A stretch of DNA of 64,000 nt. Origin: Haliotis rufescens (Eukaryota). Shown here one piece after another: positions 12,691 through 25,800 of the stretch (within the stretch, counting starts at the first letter, position 1; every line of letters begins with the position of its first letter). The DNA is taken from positions 36,952,001-37,016,000 of the forward strand of contig NW_025963791.1 of NCBI RefSeq assembly GCF_023055435.1, written 5' to 3'. The notes beneath the pieces were generated by a model. The model did not search any database and had not been told where the DNA came from. It saw only the letters and a list, made by a program, of their open reading frames with translations. The translations under genes and the position numbers were made by a program.

Positions 12691-12950
12691 ACCCGTGAAG
12701 ATCCGGGGCAGAATAGATTTTCAGCAACCCATGCTTGCCTTAAAAGGCGACTATGCTTGTCGTAAGAGGCGACCAACGGGATTGGCTGGTCAGGCTTGCT
12801 GACTTGGTTGATGCATGTCATCAATCCCAATTGTGTGGATCGATGCTCATGATGTCAATCATTGGATTGTCTGGTCCAGACTCGATTATTTACAGACCAG
12901 GGTCATATAGCTGTAATATTGCTGAGTGCGGTGTTAAACAACAAACAAAT
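12691..12950 (+). mobile_element. SINE-like family C (no tRNA head; Meta-domain-like motif TGCTTGTCGTAAGAGGCGAC; (CAAA)n tail)
   Basis: TSD ATTCTCTGACCA at 12679-12690 and 12951-12962; about ten related copies or fragments in the window. Confidence 0.9.
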
Positions 12951-14379
12951 ATTCTCTGACCAAAATACCAAGAGCCCATCCATACCAAACTTAAGTATCT
13001 GAATTTTCATCATCAAATTATTTTCCAGTGATATCCAATACGTGATTCCAAGTCAACCCAATTTCCAGTGATATACGAGATCCCACCTACAAATACAAAC
13101 GTCACAACAAAGGTTATTGAAATATGCTGTCCAACTACCCGATCCGATAACAGAAATATGAAAATGTTAATTATCATGGTCGTAGTATATCATATCAGCC
13201 TTCACATAGTGTCAGTAGCGATCACTTCCTGGTTCTTGCCTCAGGCAGGCCCTGTTAAGCTCTGCCCGATCTTGTCCACCATACTGTTATGTTTGTAACC
13301 AAGGTAATATCGTTTATCATGTCATATGGGCAGTTTCCCCGATCTTCCCGCTGTTTGATGACAAATATTTAGGTAGTTAATGTTTTGGCTATTGCTATTG
13401 TTACTGTAGGCTATACAATTCACTGTTTGCTTTGTGACGTTGGTGTTGCTGGCCCACTGGAGGGAGGGGTTGGAGGGAGGGAGGGGTCATCACCTGGACA
13501 AGTGCCGCAACAGTTCATTACCTGGCGCTACCATGTGTGCAGTGTAATTACATTCCTCCATGGGCACTCATCCAGAACGCTTGTATCCCAGGAAGCTTTC
13601 ATCATCTATTATTATCACCTTATTATGATCCTCCATTCTCCTGTGCCCTTTCGTGAGCAGCTACAATTGAATATCATATCCAAGTCGGAAACCCGATGTT
13701 AACATTGTATATAATACACATTTCATAGAGAGTCAACAATAGGGGATTTTGCCAAACTGGGGCAGAAATACTTGTCTGTTTCGGGGAGGTACAATAGTAA
13801 TAATAGCATAACACTGTGGCCACTCTTTGGCTGGGGTCAACAACTGTATGGTGTGGCTGGTGCTATATGATGTCTTACACCTCGCTACTCACAGCGTAAT
13901 ATGGGTTGCGTAACTATTGTCATTACCTTGGAGGATGGAGATGAAGCTATGTCCATATTGTGACCTATGGATGGCCATGTCATGACTACAAAGGAAAGGA
14001 TTAAGAAGTGTTGGGAGGACATTGTGGGCATATCTACTGTTGATTGATTTCTTGTGAAGAGCTTGTTGAACATAGAGTAGCTACGGGTTATAATTGAGTT
14101 GATTGTCAATAACAAATTGATCATGTTGATGGTTGGCAATTATTGAAGTTCTGGTCAGTATTCAGATGGATTGTTGCCAGTATTTAACTTTTGGTTAATC
14201 CCTCAGCATCAAGAATGTGTGTGGGTAAAGTTTCAAATTTCTTGTTGTTTCAGTAATAACTGTAAAATTGTTACAAGGTGCTTTTCATATGCAGTATTTG
14301 AAATAATAAATTTAAACAATTGGGATGAAAAATTGAACGTTTATACATGATAAAAAGCTTAATTGGCTACTGATAACCA

Positions 14380-14508
14380 AACCCTTGAAGATCCGGGGTA
14401 GAATAGGTCTTCAGCAACCCATGCTTGCCGTAAAAGGCATCTGTGCTTGTCGTGAGAGGCGACATAACAGGATCGGGTGGTCAGGCTGTCTGACAAACAA
14501 ACAAACAA
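14380..14508 (+). mobile_element. Family C copy with internal 3' deletion, (CAAA)n tail retained
   Basis: TSD ACTGATAACCA at 14369-14379 and 14509-14519. Confidence 0.88.
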
Positions 14509-16597
14509 ACTGATAACCATATATTGAAAATATCCTAAACTGCTGAAGCGGCGAAAATGGGATGTATTTGAGGCAAAAACAACCAAACTAAAAAGTTTTC
14601 TTCAAAAACATAAACCCATTTTATTTCTTTCCCTTAGACCCTGACATCAAACATAGCGTCATGAAATGAGATCTTTTGACAATTCAACATTTTCAAGTTG
14701 AATGCAAATTTAATTTGTTGTTTTTTGTAACTAAAATAATAATTGAGTATCAAGTTATTTTCATTACTCTCGCAATCACAATTTGAAGTGGTCTTGTGAG
14801 GAGATTATTTTCATCCATCTATATTGATTGTTGTTGCTAAGCAAACATGTAAGAGGTGATATTACAGTCGAGAGTTTCTATCTGAGGGACTTAAATAATA
14901 TTCATCATGGCATAAATTAACCTGTATGTGTGTCATCCAGCTGCCGATCTACCCACATGAAGTTGAGGGATGCTTATTCAATGACGAGGGACTCTGAGTT
15001 ATATGTGTAGGAGACAGTTGTGTTGTGAACTTTAAAGTGGTTTATTGTTAAATTTGTCATGTCAACTTTCACAGCACGAAAATCCCATGTCAAAGACCTT
15101 TATAACCAGGCTAGTGTTTATTATAGCCTGCTGGTAACCACAAGGCTTACTGCTGTGTCTACAAGACTTAATTGAGACATTTGTAGATTTATGGCGATCA
15201 AACAGAAGAAAGCCAGGTGAGATGGGGTGGTGAAAACACTATTATTAGCAATTTGTTTTTCATGAAATGTAGTATTTTCTTTGGCAAGGTAATAATTAAT
15301 GTGTCGTGATTTTGTCACTCGTGTTATCCATCAGCTTGGGATGATAATGACAATAATTCCCTGTCCGCCCCACTGCTTGACACCCCTCAACCGAAGTAGA
15401 ATCTTCCAGTCTAAATTTACCGTAGGACATACCTTCTGGTGGCAATCAGGCTGGTGAAAGCAAGCTCTGCTATAGGTTGGACTTACTCTCAGTGTTAGAA
15501 TGGGATGAGAGAACAAGCTGAGAGGATGTTAAGATGGATAATGCCAAGAATAGACAGTGTATTGGATGATCATTATGGAGCGTGTTGTTTGATATGATGT
15601 GCTTCATTGACTTGTGATGGGCACAATAGCAGCATTGCTTGGGATGAGCACTCCGGAAAGCTTTTGGATCTGTTTCACTAGCCACTACTCATTTCACAAT
15701 TGTTAACAGTGTTGTGTGTTCATCCAGGTTCTTGCAAACAGGTGCTTTCCAGGTTGTCTGCTTCTAGTGCTTTTATTATGAATCCTACCTTAATGCACCA
15801 GAGTGTTTTTGGCTTGAATGTTTTCAAATCAGTTTGCATTATCATGTCAGCCAAAGCCATTTACTTTGTAGTAATTGGAATTGATCAAGGCACTATTTAG
15901 AGTCCAAACGTGTATAATTTGCCAAATATACAAGATTTTTCCATTGTCAAAAATTAAGTGCCTTGGTGAACTGTGATATGATCTAGAGACCATTGAAATG
16001 CTTGTCAAAATTAGTGGATTTATGTTCTAGATATCATTAATGGGAAGAAAGACTTGTGTTATTTGAGCTGTTTGGGTGAAGTTAAGGAGGTTTTCAGGTG
16101 CATTAAGTGATAGGTGTTGATAGGGGCAACTGAGGTCGACAGTTATTCAAATAGCCCTTGGACAGGGCAGTGTTAACAGTGCCTTAGGTCTTGTTCCTGT
16201 GCTTCCAAGTTACAGAGATTTTTTTGACTGCCAAAAGTACTTTAGCCCGCCATTAGGAAGCTTTACAGTGGACTTGCCAGAGACTGACAGCAGTTGTGTT
16301 GTCTTGTGAACCATATTTGCTTTAAATGAGCCACATTGATCCAATCAAAGGATATTAATGTGTTACCAGTTTGTATCCAACAGTAATTCCAAATAGGCTG
16401 AAAATTTCTACATAACAACAGATTTGAAACAAAATCTGGCATGAGAAACATTCAGGATATATGACAAGAGGATCCTTCCATCCAGTGGTGTGTCTTCAAT
16501 ATACACGGCTTCATTATGGAATGTGTGATGCAGCTCTAGCTGTGACATCAAACCTCACGCCCCCTGATGCAGCCTAAAGTGTCCGCGTTTTGCCCTG

Positions 16598-16878
16598 ATG
16601 ACACTCCACGTTGCAGGTGTTGATCCAGACACCCATGCACACCTGACTTACCTGCTGTTGAAGCAGTTGCCCCACCTGTCCCCCGCGAACCTGCCCCCTC
16701 ACGCCTATACGCTGGCACACACAGGCAGGGGTAAGGGATATGGTCCTCCGCTACCCCCGCTGATTGCCCTGGGGAAAGGGGCGCCATCATCGTCATCATC
16801 TTCACGAGTGACATCGGTTTCATCATCCAGTGGAAGTTTTGTACGGGAGCGATTAGATGAGATTCTTGTAGTCCGAGG
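16598..16878 (+). CDS. FAM149B1: FAM149 coding exon 1 (MTLHVAGVDPD...FVRERLDEILVVRG); may be an alternative first exon
   Basis: ATG at 16598 with an upstream in-frame TGA at 16565; GC-rich; donor GG|GTAAGA at 16879; phase 2 matches the next exon. Confidence 0.7.
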
Positions 16879-19800
16879 GTAAGATTTGGTCAATTTAAAT
16901 GTTATATAGTCAGGGAACAGTAAACACTCTCCTTACTATATAGAACAGTAAATCTTCCCCCAATTATATTCAATGAAATTTTGTTCACAGAATTATTGCT
17001 AAAGTGACAGTAACGATGTACATCTGGAAACCTTCAAACAGTTTGTAGTTTCAACAAACTCGCCCTTCTACATCTACCGGTATTTATATGAAAAGTAGAA
17101 AAAGGTCTTTCCGTATGATATGATATGAAATTCATCCACTTTTTATTGCTATCTATATTAATTCGAAGGAAAATGGCAATAAGATGGGCTTCACATTTAG
17201 TATATTGTTGTGATGTAGGGTAAACACATGTAAACCATGCTGTCATTTGTCATAATCTAAGCAAATGGTGGGGAAGAAGAAACCAAATGCTTCAGTGTTC
17301 CATCATAAGTTAACGTTAGACACAGACAGTAATAATCTAGTCTAGCCCTCTGTCCGTCAGTGTATGAAATATCTGAGTGTGTGAGTGACGATGCAAACCA
17401 GCATCTGTCACATGGAATAGTACTTACCAACAGCACATTATTACAGCAAATAACACTGACATGATGGCAGTCATATCAACTTACAAGATGAAATTGGGAC
17501 AAAATTATATTGTTTTTCAGATTTCACAAATTAAGTCAATCATTATGTAAATTATTTTGGAAATATATCTATGAAGACAGTAGGATATTTAAAAGTTACT
17601 ATGTCTCTAAAATATCACAGTCAAAGGGAATGGTATATTGAATGCTGCGTGCCTTAGCAGTGTAAACTCCACCAACACCAACACCCACTGTCGAATCTGA
17701 TGCATAGGCGTGATAACTTACCTATTTTCAAGATCATGTGTGCCATTTAATAATATAGAATAGCCAGATGGGCACTAGCACATGTGTTTGCATATTTCAT
17801 CCTAGAATTTAGAAAATTGCAAAAAGAAAAAAACAAGACATGCTAAACATGCTAAAACACATATCTGAATGATAATCAGAAAATATCTTAGGATTTATTG
17901 CTCCTGATTGGAACATATTCTGGACTGTCTAGATTATTTGCTTGGTATTTTTGCTGTATTTGTTCAATAAGAATTTGTCACCTGTCCTGGAGACAGGTGA
18001 GCAGTTCTAAATAAATTAATAAATAATGTATGAATATAGCACTGCTAAGAATGTGTATGTATCTTTGTTCAAAGGGCATTAAGTTGTTAAAACACCATTG
18101 TTGAAGTCTTTGATGTCTTTTGTGACTCCAATTACATAGCAATGTTTTAGTTTCACAAAAGGCACTTATTACAACTTTTAGGCCAGTCTAAAATGGTTGG
18201 GGGGGGGGGGGGAGGCACGGTTGGCCCAGTCGTCTTCAGCGCCGCAATTCGCTGTGCAGAGTTGCATCCCTTGGGCACGCCAGAAACCTACAATTGTGGG
18301 TTCAAATCCTGGTTCGCCCCGATTATGTTTCTCGGTTTTGTCAGCACCATACGCATGCTCATGGGTTTCACCGAAGTGGTAAACTTCTAAGACCTGAATC
18401 ACTTCAGGCTTTCCTCCCACATTAAGCTGACACGGCGCGATATAACTGGAATACTGTTAAAAGCAGTGTTAAACACAACTCACTCACTGTTTTTAATGTC
18501 CATCAAACATTGAAAGAAGTATTAAGAAATTTTAGATGTCTGTACAAATGAAATTGGATTAATCATGTTCCTATGTTTATGATACCAAAATACCAATATT
18601 ATGTAAAATTATCAGCGTTTTGATGGAACTGAGACTTTCACCGTGACATTTATTTTACATTAAGATATGTCCTGATGTTGTCTTCGGATGCAGAGCAAGT
18701 CGAAATGGTTACCAAACGAGAATTCCATCTCAGATGAAATTGATTCCCACACGGAATAAAATAGTTTGAATGCTCACTGCACCACATGGAAAATGGAATT
18801 CTATTTAAGTCCCGTTGTATTGATAAACCACTAGCAATATGTTTTCAGTGTTTCACAAGAGCGTGTAAAGAATCTCATTTTGATTATTGAACCAGCTGAG
18901 AAGTCACTGCATGCCGCAACCTGCCCTCTGTTTAGTGTCGCTGGAAGGATATGAAGTTACGCATTAGTGTTGACCTGATGATGTAAATATGGAAGATAAG
19001 CTGTGTCAACATGGTGCCCACATTGAGAGACTTGTATGTCCAAGGTTGAATTATTTCCCCAACATACACAAGGTTGATTCATCTATCAAACATATGCAAC
19101 ACTGAATTATTCAGTTGACACATCAGACTTCTAATTGTCCACCCAGGTTTCTACCCAGGAAAACCAGTATTGAATCATCCAACAAACATACCAAACATTG
19201 AATCATCCTCCCAACTTACTGGTACCCAACACTGGATCATCCACCAAACATAATGGTACCCAACATTGAATCATCCACCCAACATTGAATCATCCACCAA
19301 ACTTACTGGCACCCAACATTGAATCATCCACCCAACATTGAATCATCCACCAAACTTACTGGCACCCAACATTGAATCATCCACCCAACATTGAATCATC
19401 CACCAAACAATGAATCATCCACCCAACTTTGCACCCAACATTGAATCATCCACCCAACATTGAATCATCCACCCAACTAACTGGCACCCAACAATGAATC
19501 ACCCACCCAACATATCTGCACCCAACATTGAATCATCCACCCAACATTGAATCATCCACCAAACAATGAATCATCCACCCAACTTTGCACCCAACATTGA
19601 ATTATCCACCCAACATATCGGCACCCAACATTGAATCATCCACCCAACATATCTCCACCCAACATTGAATCATCCACCCAACATTGAATCATCCACCAAA
19701 CAATGAATCATCCACCCAACTTTGCACCCAACATTGAATTATCCACCCAACATATCGGCACCCTACATTGAATCATCCACCCAACATTGAATCATCCACC

Positions 19801-22800
19801 CAACATATCCGCACCCTACATGGAATAATCCACCCAACATTGAATCATCCACCCAACATTGAATCATCCACCAAATACACCGGTACTCAACACTGAATCA
19901 TCCAGTTGGGAAGTCTGCAAACAGTCATAAATACACATATTCTTTATAGGTTTGCAAACGTGCTTGATCTCCTGACTTTATCATATGTTGCTTCACTTCA
20001 TTGTGTGTTTATGAATTTTGTGGGGGACTTTTTGCCTGCCGTGTTGGTTTGCAGCATCCTGGTTTATGTGTGTTTAGTCCAGGTTGCCATGGGAAAGCTG
20101 GCCCAACAATCACTGGTAACACTTTTGTTGGACTGGATTCAGTCGTGATACAAGTACACATTTTGTGAGCCATGCCTCCTGACTGAGATCCGTGGATTAA
20201 TTACAACAAGGTCATTAGTTAATCTTATTTAATGGAACAGGTAAAATGTGGAGATGATGGAATCAAGCATGGCGTGTTAATAACAGGTGTGGCGCCCATG
20301 TTGAGCTGCTGGCCTTGAGGCTCGATATGTGATCACTTTTTCACTTCAGTAATGTAATAAACGTGTGCTTAGAAAGTATAATGGCAGGCCGAGTTTTCCC
20401 ACCAGATTAGGTTCAATCATGTATTTCAGTTCAATAGAAAGGAAGGATAGAGTGACACTATGCATTAATATGACCTGGGTTAGGAGAGAAACAAGTTCGG
20501 AAAAGAGATTTACCATGTAATGAGTAGATGTAAGTTTGCACACACACACCTGTTTGTATGTATAGAAGATTTTGTACATGTTAAGTGTGATATCCCATTT
20601 CAAGGAAGAAATATCAGCTCGGTTACTTGCTAACTTGCATTTAAACTTGTATAAGAAACTATGATATGTATTAGGAATAGATATCCAAGCCAGGTTTCAT
20701 GTTTTTTCTATGCAGATCTTTAATGTAGTGAAACATATTTCTTGATTAAGTACACAGTGATTTCATTTATTAATGGACTTGTGTTATGTTTCCTCCCTGT
20801 GGGGAGTTGGTGGTAGAATTGGTATCAAATATCCCAAGCTTGACTTGAGAGCTGACTAGTTGAAGATCAGGTGGTCATAATGTGATATCTTCCTGATTGA
20901 GGATCAGGTGGTCACAGTGTGTTATCTGGCTGATTGGGGATCAGGTGGTCACAGTGTGTTACCTGGTTGATTGAGGATCAGTTGATCACAATGTGTTACC
21001 TGGCTGATGGAGGATCAGGTGGTCACAGTGTGGTACCTGGCTGATTGAGGATCAGGTGGTCACAGTGTGTTACCTGGCTAATTGGGGATCAGGTGGTCAC
21101 AGTGTGTTACCGGCCTGATTGAGGATCAGATGGTCAGTGTGTTACCTGGCTGATTGAGGATCAGGTGGTCACAGTGTGTTACCTGGCTGATTGAGGATCA
21201 GGTGGTCACAGTGTGTTACCTGGCTGATTGAGGATCAGATGGTCACCATGCATTACCTGGTTGATTGAGGATCAGGTGGTCACAGTGTGTTACCTGGCTG
21301 ATTGAGGATCAGGTGGTCACAGTGTGTTACCTGGCAGATTGAGGATCAGGTGGTCACAGTGTGTTACCTGGTTGATGGAGGATCAGATGGTCACAGTGTG
21401 TTACCAGGCTGATTGAGGATCAGGTGGTCACAATGTGTTACCTGGCTGATTGGGGATCAGGTGGTCAGTGTGTTACCAGGCTGATTGAGGATCAGATGAA
21501 CACAGTGTGTTACCAGGCTGATTGAGGATCAGGTGGTCACAATGTGTTACCTTGCTGATTGAGGATCAGATGGTCACCATGCATTACCTGGCTGATTGAG
21601 GATCAGGTGGTCACAATGTGTTACCTTGCTTATTAGGGATCAGGTGGTCACAATGTGATACCTGGCTTATTGAGGATCAGGTGGTCACAATGTGATACCT
21701 TGCTGATTGAGGATCAGGTAGTCACAGTGTGTTACCTGGCTGATTGACGATCAGGTTGACACAGTGTGTCTGTTGGCTTTTGTTTATTATGAAAAGCACA
21801 ATTCACTTTGATTTGCTGTAAATAATTTTGCTTTAATTAACATACCTTTCTAAGTGATATTAAACCAAACTCACTCAGTGCAAGGTTTAAAATGCAAATT
21901 TATGACAAACATATCTGCTTGAATACTTATACTTTTTGACAATAATATCCTTAATTTCAAGGCATCTCGACTCCAACATATAAACATAAAAAATGATTAG
22001 TACAGGAACTGGAGATAGGTAGGAGTGTGAATTTGAGCGTGATCAAGGTGAGCACATTGCTGTTACAGAATCTGTCATATTTCTGAGGTTGTATGGCTGG
22101 TTATTGATGAACAAAATGCCAGGATCTCAGTTAAACTGTTGTAGAAGATGCCCGTGAGTATCAATAATAGAGGATGTGGATGTAGAAGATCTCCACGTCA
22201 ATCTCACCCAGGATATCATGTTACCTGTTGCTACTGTTAATGTAATGCAATATTTAACACGCACCTTGTGCACTGGGCCTAAGGAAAGGATGAATATATT
22301 AAAAAAGGGTTTTGGCTATCTCTGGACTTGATAATGAGGTGTCACTATATTTGATGATATAGCTGGTATTGCTGATGTTATGTTCAATTTTACCCATTAC
22401 TGGAATGCCTATTTTTCTTAGTGAAACCATGATTTTATCATTTGTGTAAAACTTATAAGGTGTGATGTGACAAAATTCATGAGAAATTATTCATTATGTT
22501 TAGGCTTTCATTCAGTATTACTTAGAAGATGAAATGTTGTCAGGATTGTGAATATCTCTGAATGTTGCAGTGAGATATCTGTATAAGACGTACATATGCA
22601 GGTTCTTGTGAAAATTGGTGCACAGGTGGCCCAGTTGTCTAAGGTGCCGCAATTCGATGTGCAGAGTTGCGTCTCTTGGGCATCCAGGTTTACCCTGATT
22701 ATGCTTCTTGGTTTGTCAGCACTGTACCAGTGCTCATGGGTTTCACCAGAGTGGTAAACGTCCAAGACCTGCATTACTTCAGGCTTTCTTTACACATCAA

Positions 22801-25800
22801 GCAGACATGCTGTGATGTAACTGGAATAGTTTTCAAAGTATGGTAGCGTTAAACCTAACTCGCTGACTCACTCCTGTGAAAACAAAGAAATTGAACTTTT
22901 TTTTTGGTCTCACATTTTCATCGGGCAATTTCAGACAAAGTTATGAAATATGGAGATTAAGCACTTCAAGCTGGTGAACCTGGATAAAGTCTTCTACATT
23001 GATTTCCTAATAGATTGTCATGATTAGAGGACAGGGTTACAGATTTATACGTAGTTCAGGTCACTCGATAGATTGCCATTTTCCACAATGTCTTAAAACA
23101 AATAATAAGGTCCATTTTGAAATTGATGAAGTCATAGACATGTCCAAAAATCCATTTGTCGCAGAAAAGTCTCGAGAGATATAGTGCCATGATGAATTTT
23201 ATTCCAGAAAGGTGGCTTCTTGTTAATGTTATTTTATGTTGGTGTCCCATTACCCTGATGGAAGCAGGAAGACTGCAAATTACCCCAATTATCTTTATGC
23301 TACAGATTGGTGGCGGACAATTGAACCATCATTGCTTGATGAGCGTAGTCTGTTATTCCACACTCCCCCCCCAGTAATGACATGATCCGTAGATTATGCA
23401 ACTACGTTGCTGCTGGGTTAATGTGGCCAATGGAGCTGCCTGCAGGATGCACCAAACGTCCTCTGCTGTTTCTATTACCTGCAGTGATTACAATTAGGTC
23501 TAATGGAGGAATAATGATGCTGGCAAGGCATGTTGCTGAAATTACTTTCCATTTGATTTATGTAATTAATTATAGTGATTTTGTTGCCTGAGGTGTTGGG
23601 TACTAAACTGCAGTAATGTGAAATCTGTGTTCTAGATGTTGTCCTTGGCCGGGTCTTTACAAATCCATAAAAGATTTTGTTTTCTCAGAATATTTCTAAG
23701 TCTGTGTATCATGATACACTTTTCTAGCAAAATTTTGATGGCAATATTTTGTGGTAAAATGGATTGTTTTTGATTGAAGTACAGTATTTGCTTTCCGTGT
23801 TGCTCATATTGGTTGCTGGTTTTAGAGGAATCAGCAGTTGAAGCTCATTCGTCCTGTTTCCCTGGTAGCTTGTAATCCAATACTCTCATCCTGAAATATT
23901 CATGAAGATTTCTTGCTGTTCCAGAGATCATGAGCAGTCTGCCTACAACGTATTTGAAATTATCATTCATTATATATTTATTAATTTCAGAAAAGTGATT
24001 ATTTTTGTTTTTTTCTCTGAGGTCTATGCAGATATATGGAATGACATTGACAGTTTAGAATAAATCATCAAAATTCCTAAATGCTAGAATTCTTAAAATG
24101 TCTTTTTGGTGCAATTTTGAACAAATATTGATTGTTCTCTTGATATCATCAAGAAATTTGTATTCACCCATTTAAGATTGTTGTAAGAGGTGACTAACGG
24201 GATCGGGTGGTCAGACTTGCTGACTTGGTTGATGCATGTCATTGTATCCCAATTGCATGGATCGATGCTCATGATATCAATCACTGGATTGTCTGGTCCA
24301 GACTTGATTATTTTCAGACTGTAGTCATATAGCTTGAATATTGCTTAGTGTGGCATTACACAACAAACAAACAAATAAGATTCACTTAGATTAATGTTTT
24401 TATAATGATTTCACGTCAGCATAAAATTGCAAGTATCATTTAATGGAACATACCAATTTTGAATAACGTTCGGCCATGGACATGTTATGAGGTAAGAAGG
24501 AAAGTATGTCTGCAGAATGGCCATGGAGGCATAGAGATGCCCTTATTATAATGGCTCTCTTTGAGGTGTTGAGCTTGTCCAAGTAGGTCTTTGTTTGGCA
24601 GCCATGTTTGTTTTGGCAAGGGGAGGTCACTGGCCCACAAGTGAGCCAATCACTGACCAGTGGACAGTGGAAGAACTACTCCACATGTTGACATTCATGG
24701 CATGATAAATTGATAATGGCAGCCTGGCTGATAAATATAGCCAAGGACGTCATGGAAACTGTGTCTACAAACTTGGTTTATGCGTATCAAATTTTAATGC
24801 AATATCTGGAGAAGGCTGTCGTTGTAACCTGATATACTGAATAGACTAATAACTATATGTGAAACGTATAAAGTGTCAATGTCAGAATAAGCAGTCTTGT
24901 TTATCCGCCGAAACAGATTTCATAAGGCGTACAAAGCAAAATAAATGAAAATTATTTGAATAGATCACTGAAATTCAGTGATGACACCAGGTGTTCACGA
25001 AAAGGGTAAGCATGTCCTGCTCTACCGGTAGCACCCTCCACTCTCACAGTTTGCATAAAAAAGTATGTTTGTTGCCTGACACCGCACAGCAGTACTTCAG
25101 CCATTCTCAGTGACAAGCTTTTTTATTTTCTGTGGTTTTCTAGCTGTTCTTTTGGCTTTTGGGTTGGTTATTATTTTATTTATACAATGTATAGTTGACA
25201 TAGTTATAAGAGATATTACCAAGTATGATATTGTTTTTCATATTATTGAAGGGAACAATATGCACAGAGAGCTACACAAACACATGAGAATTAACATGAA
25301 TTGTGCAGGATGGGTCACAATGTTTTCATGTGTGTATTACTAGTCTTGTGGTATGTAGTACAATGCGAATCTTCGAGTATCCATTTTGTAACACACTAAT
25401 GTTGTCAGCACTCTGAAAGTCTGTCTTTCCCTGGGACTTACTGCTTAATACAACATGCAGGCCTTCAGACATTCGTATTCCCTAATAATCCAAGTTATTA
25501 TATAGTGTTATCAGGGATTTGATCACTATTTGTTAGTGCTTCATAAACACATGTTTATGATATACCGGTAGTCAAAATGGTACAATAGACTCTGCATTTA
25601 GGAACTATTGCTAATTTCAGTGTCTCAATGTCCGCAAGGCACTAGCGTTACAACATCTAATGAAATAGCTTCCAGATCATGGAGCATTGTCTGAATGCTG
25701 AATGAGGGCAACGTGTGGTCTGGGATAGAGAAAACTATACTACTGTCTCGTTAATATTAACTACTAATTTGAATGTGTGTATTTGGAAAAAAAGCTGGCC

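Noticed and set aside
12691-12780. Family C leader as a canonical HDV-like ribozyme
   Set aside because: I could not place P1, P3 and P1.1 in the required nested order. It is kept only as an unclassified structured-RNA hypothesis.
20863-21768. 37-bp repeat array of CRISPR-like unit length
   Set aside because: Units are head to tail with no unique spacers, there are no cas genes and the context is eukaryotic. The same applies to the 31-bp and 23-bp arrays.
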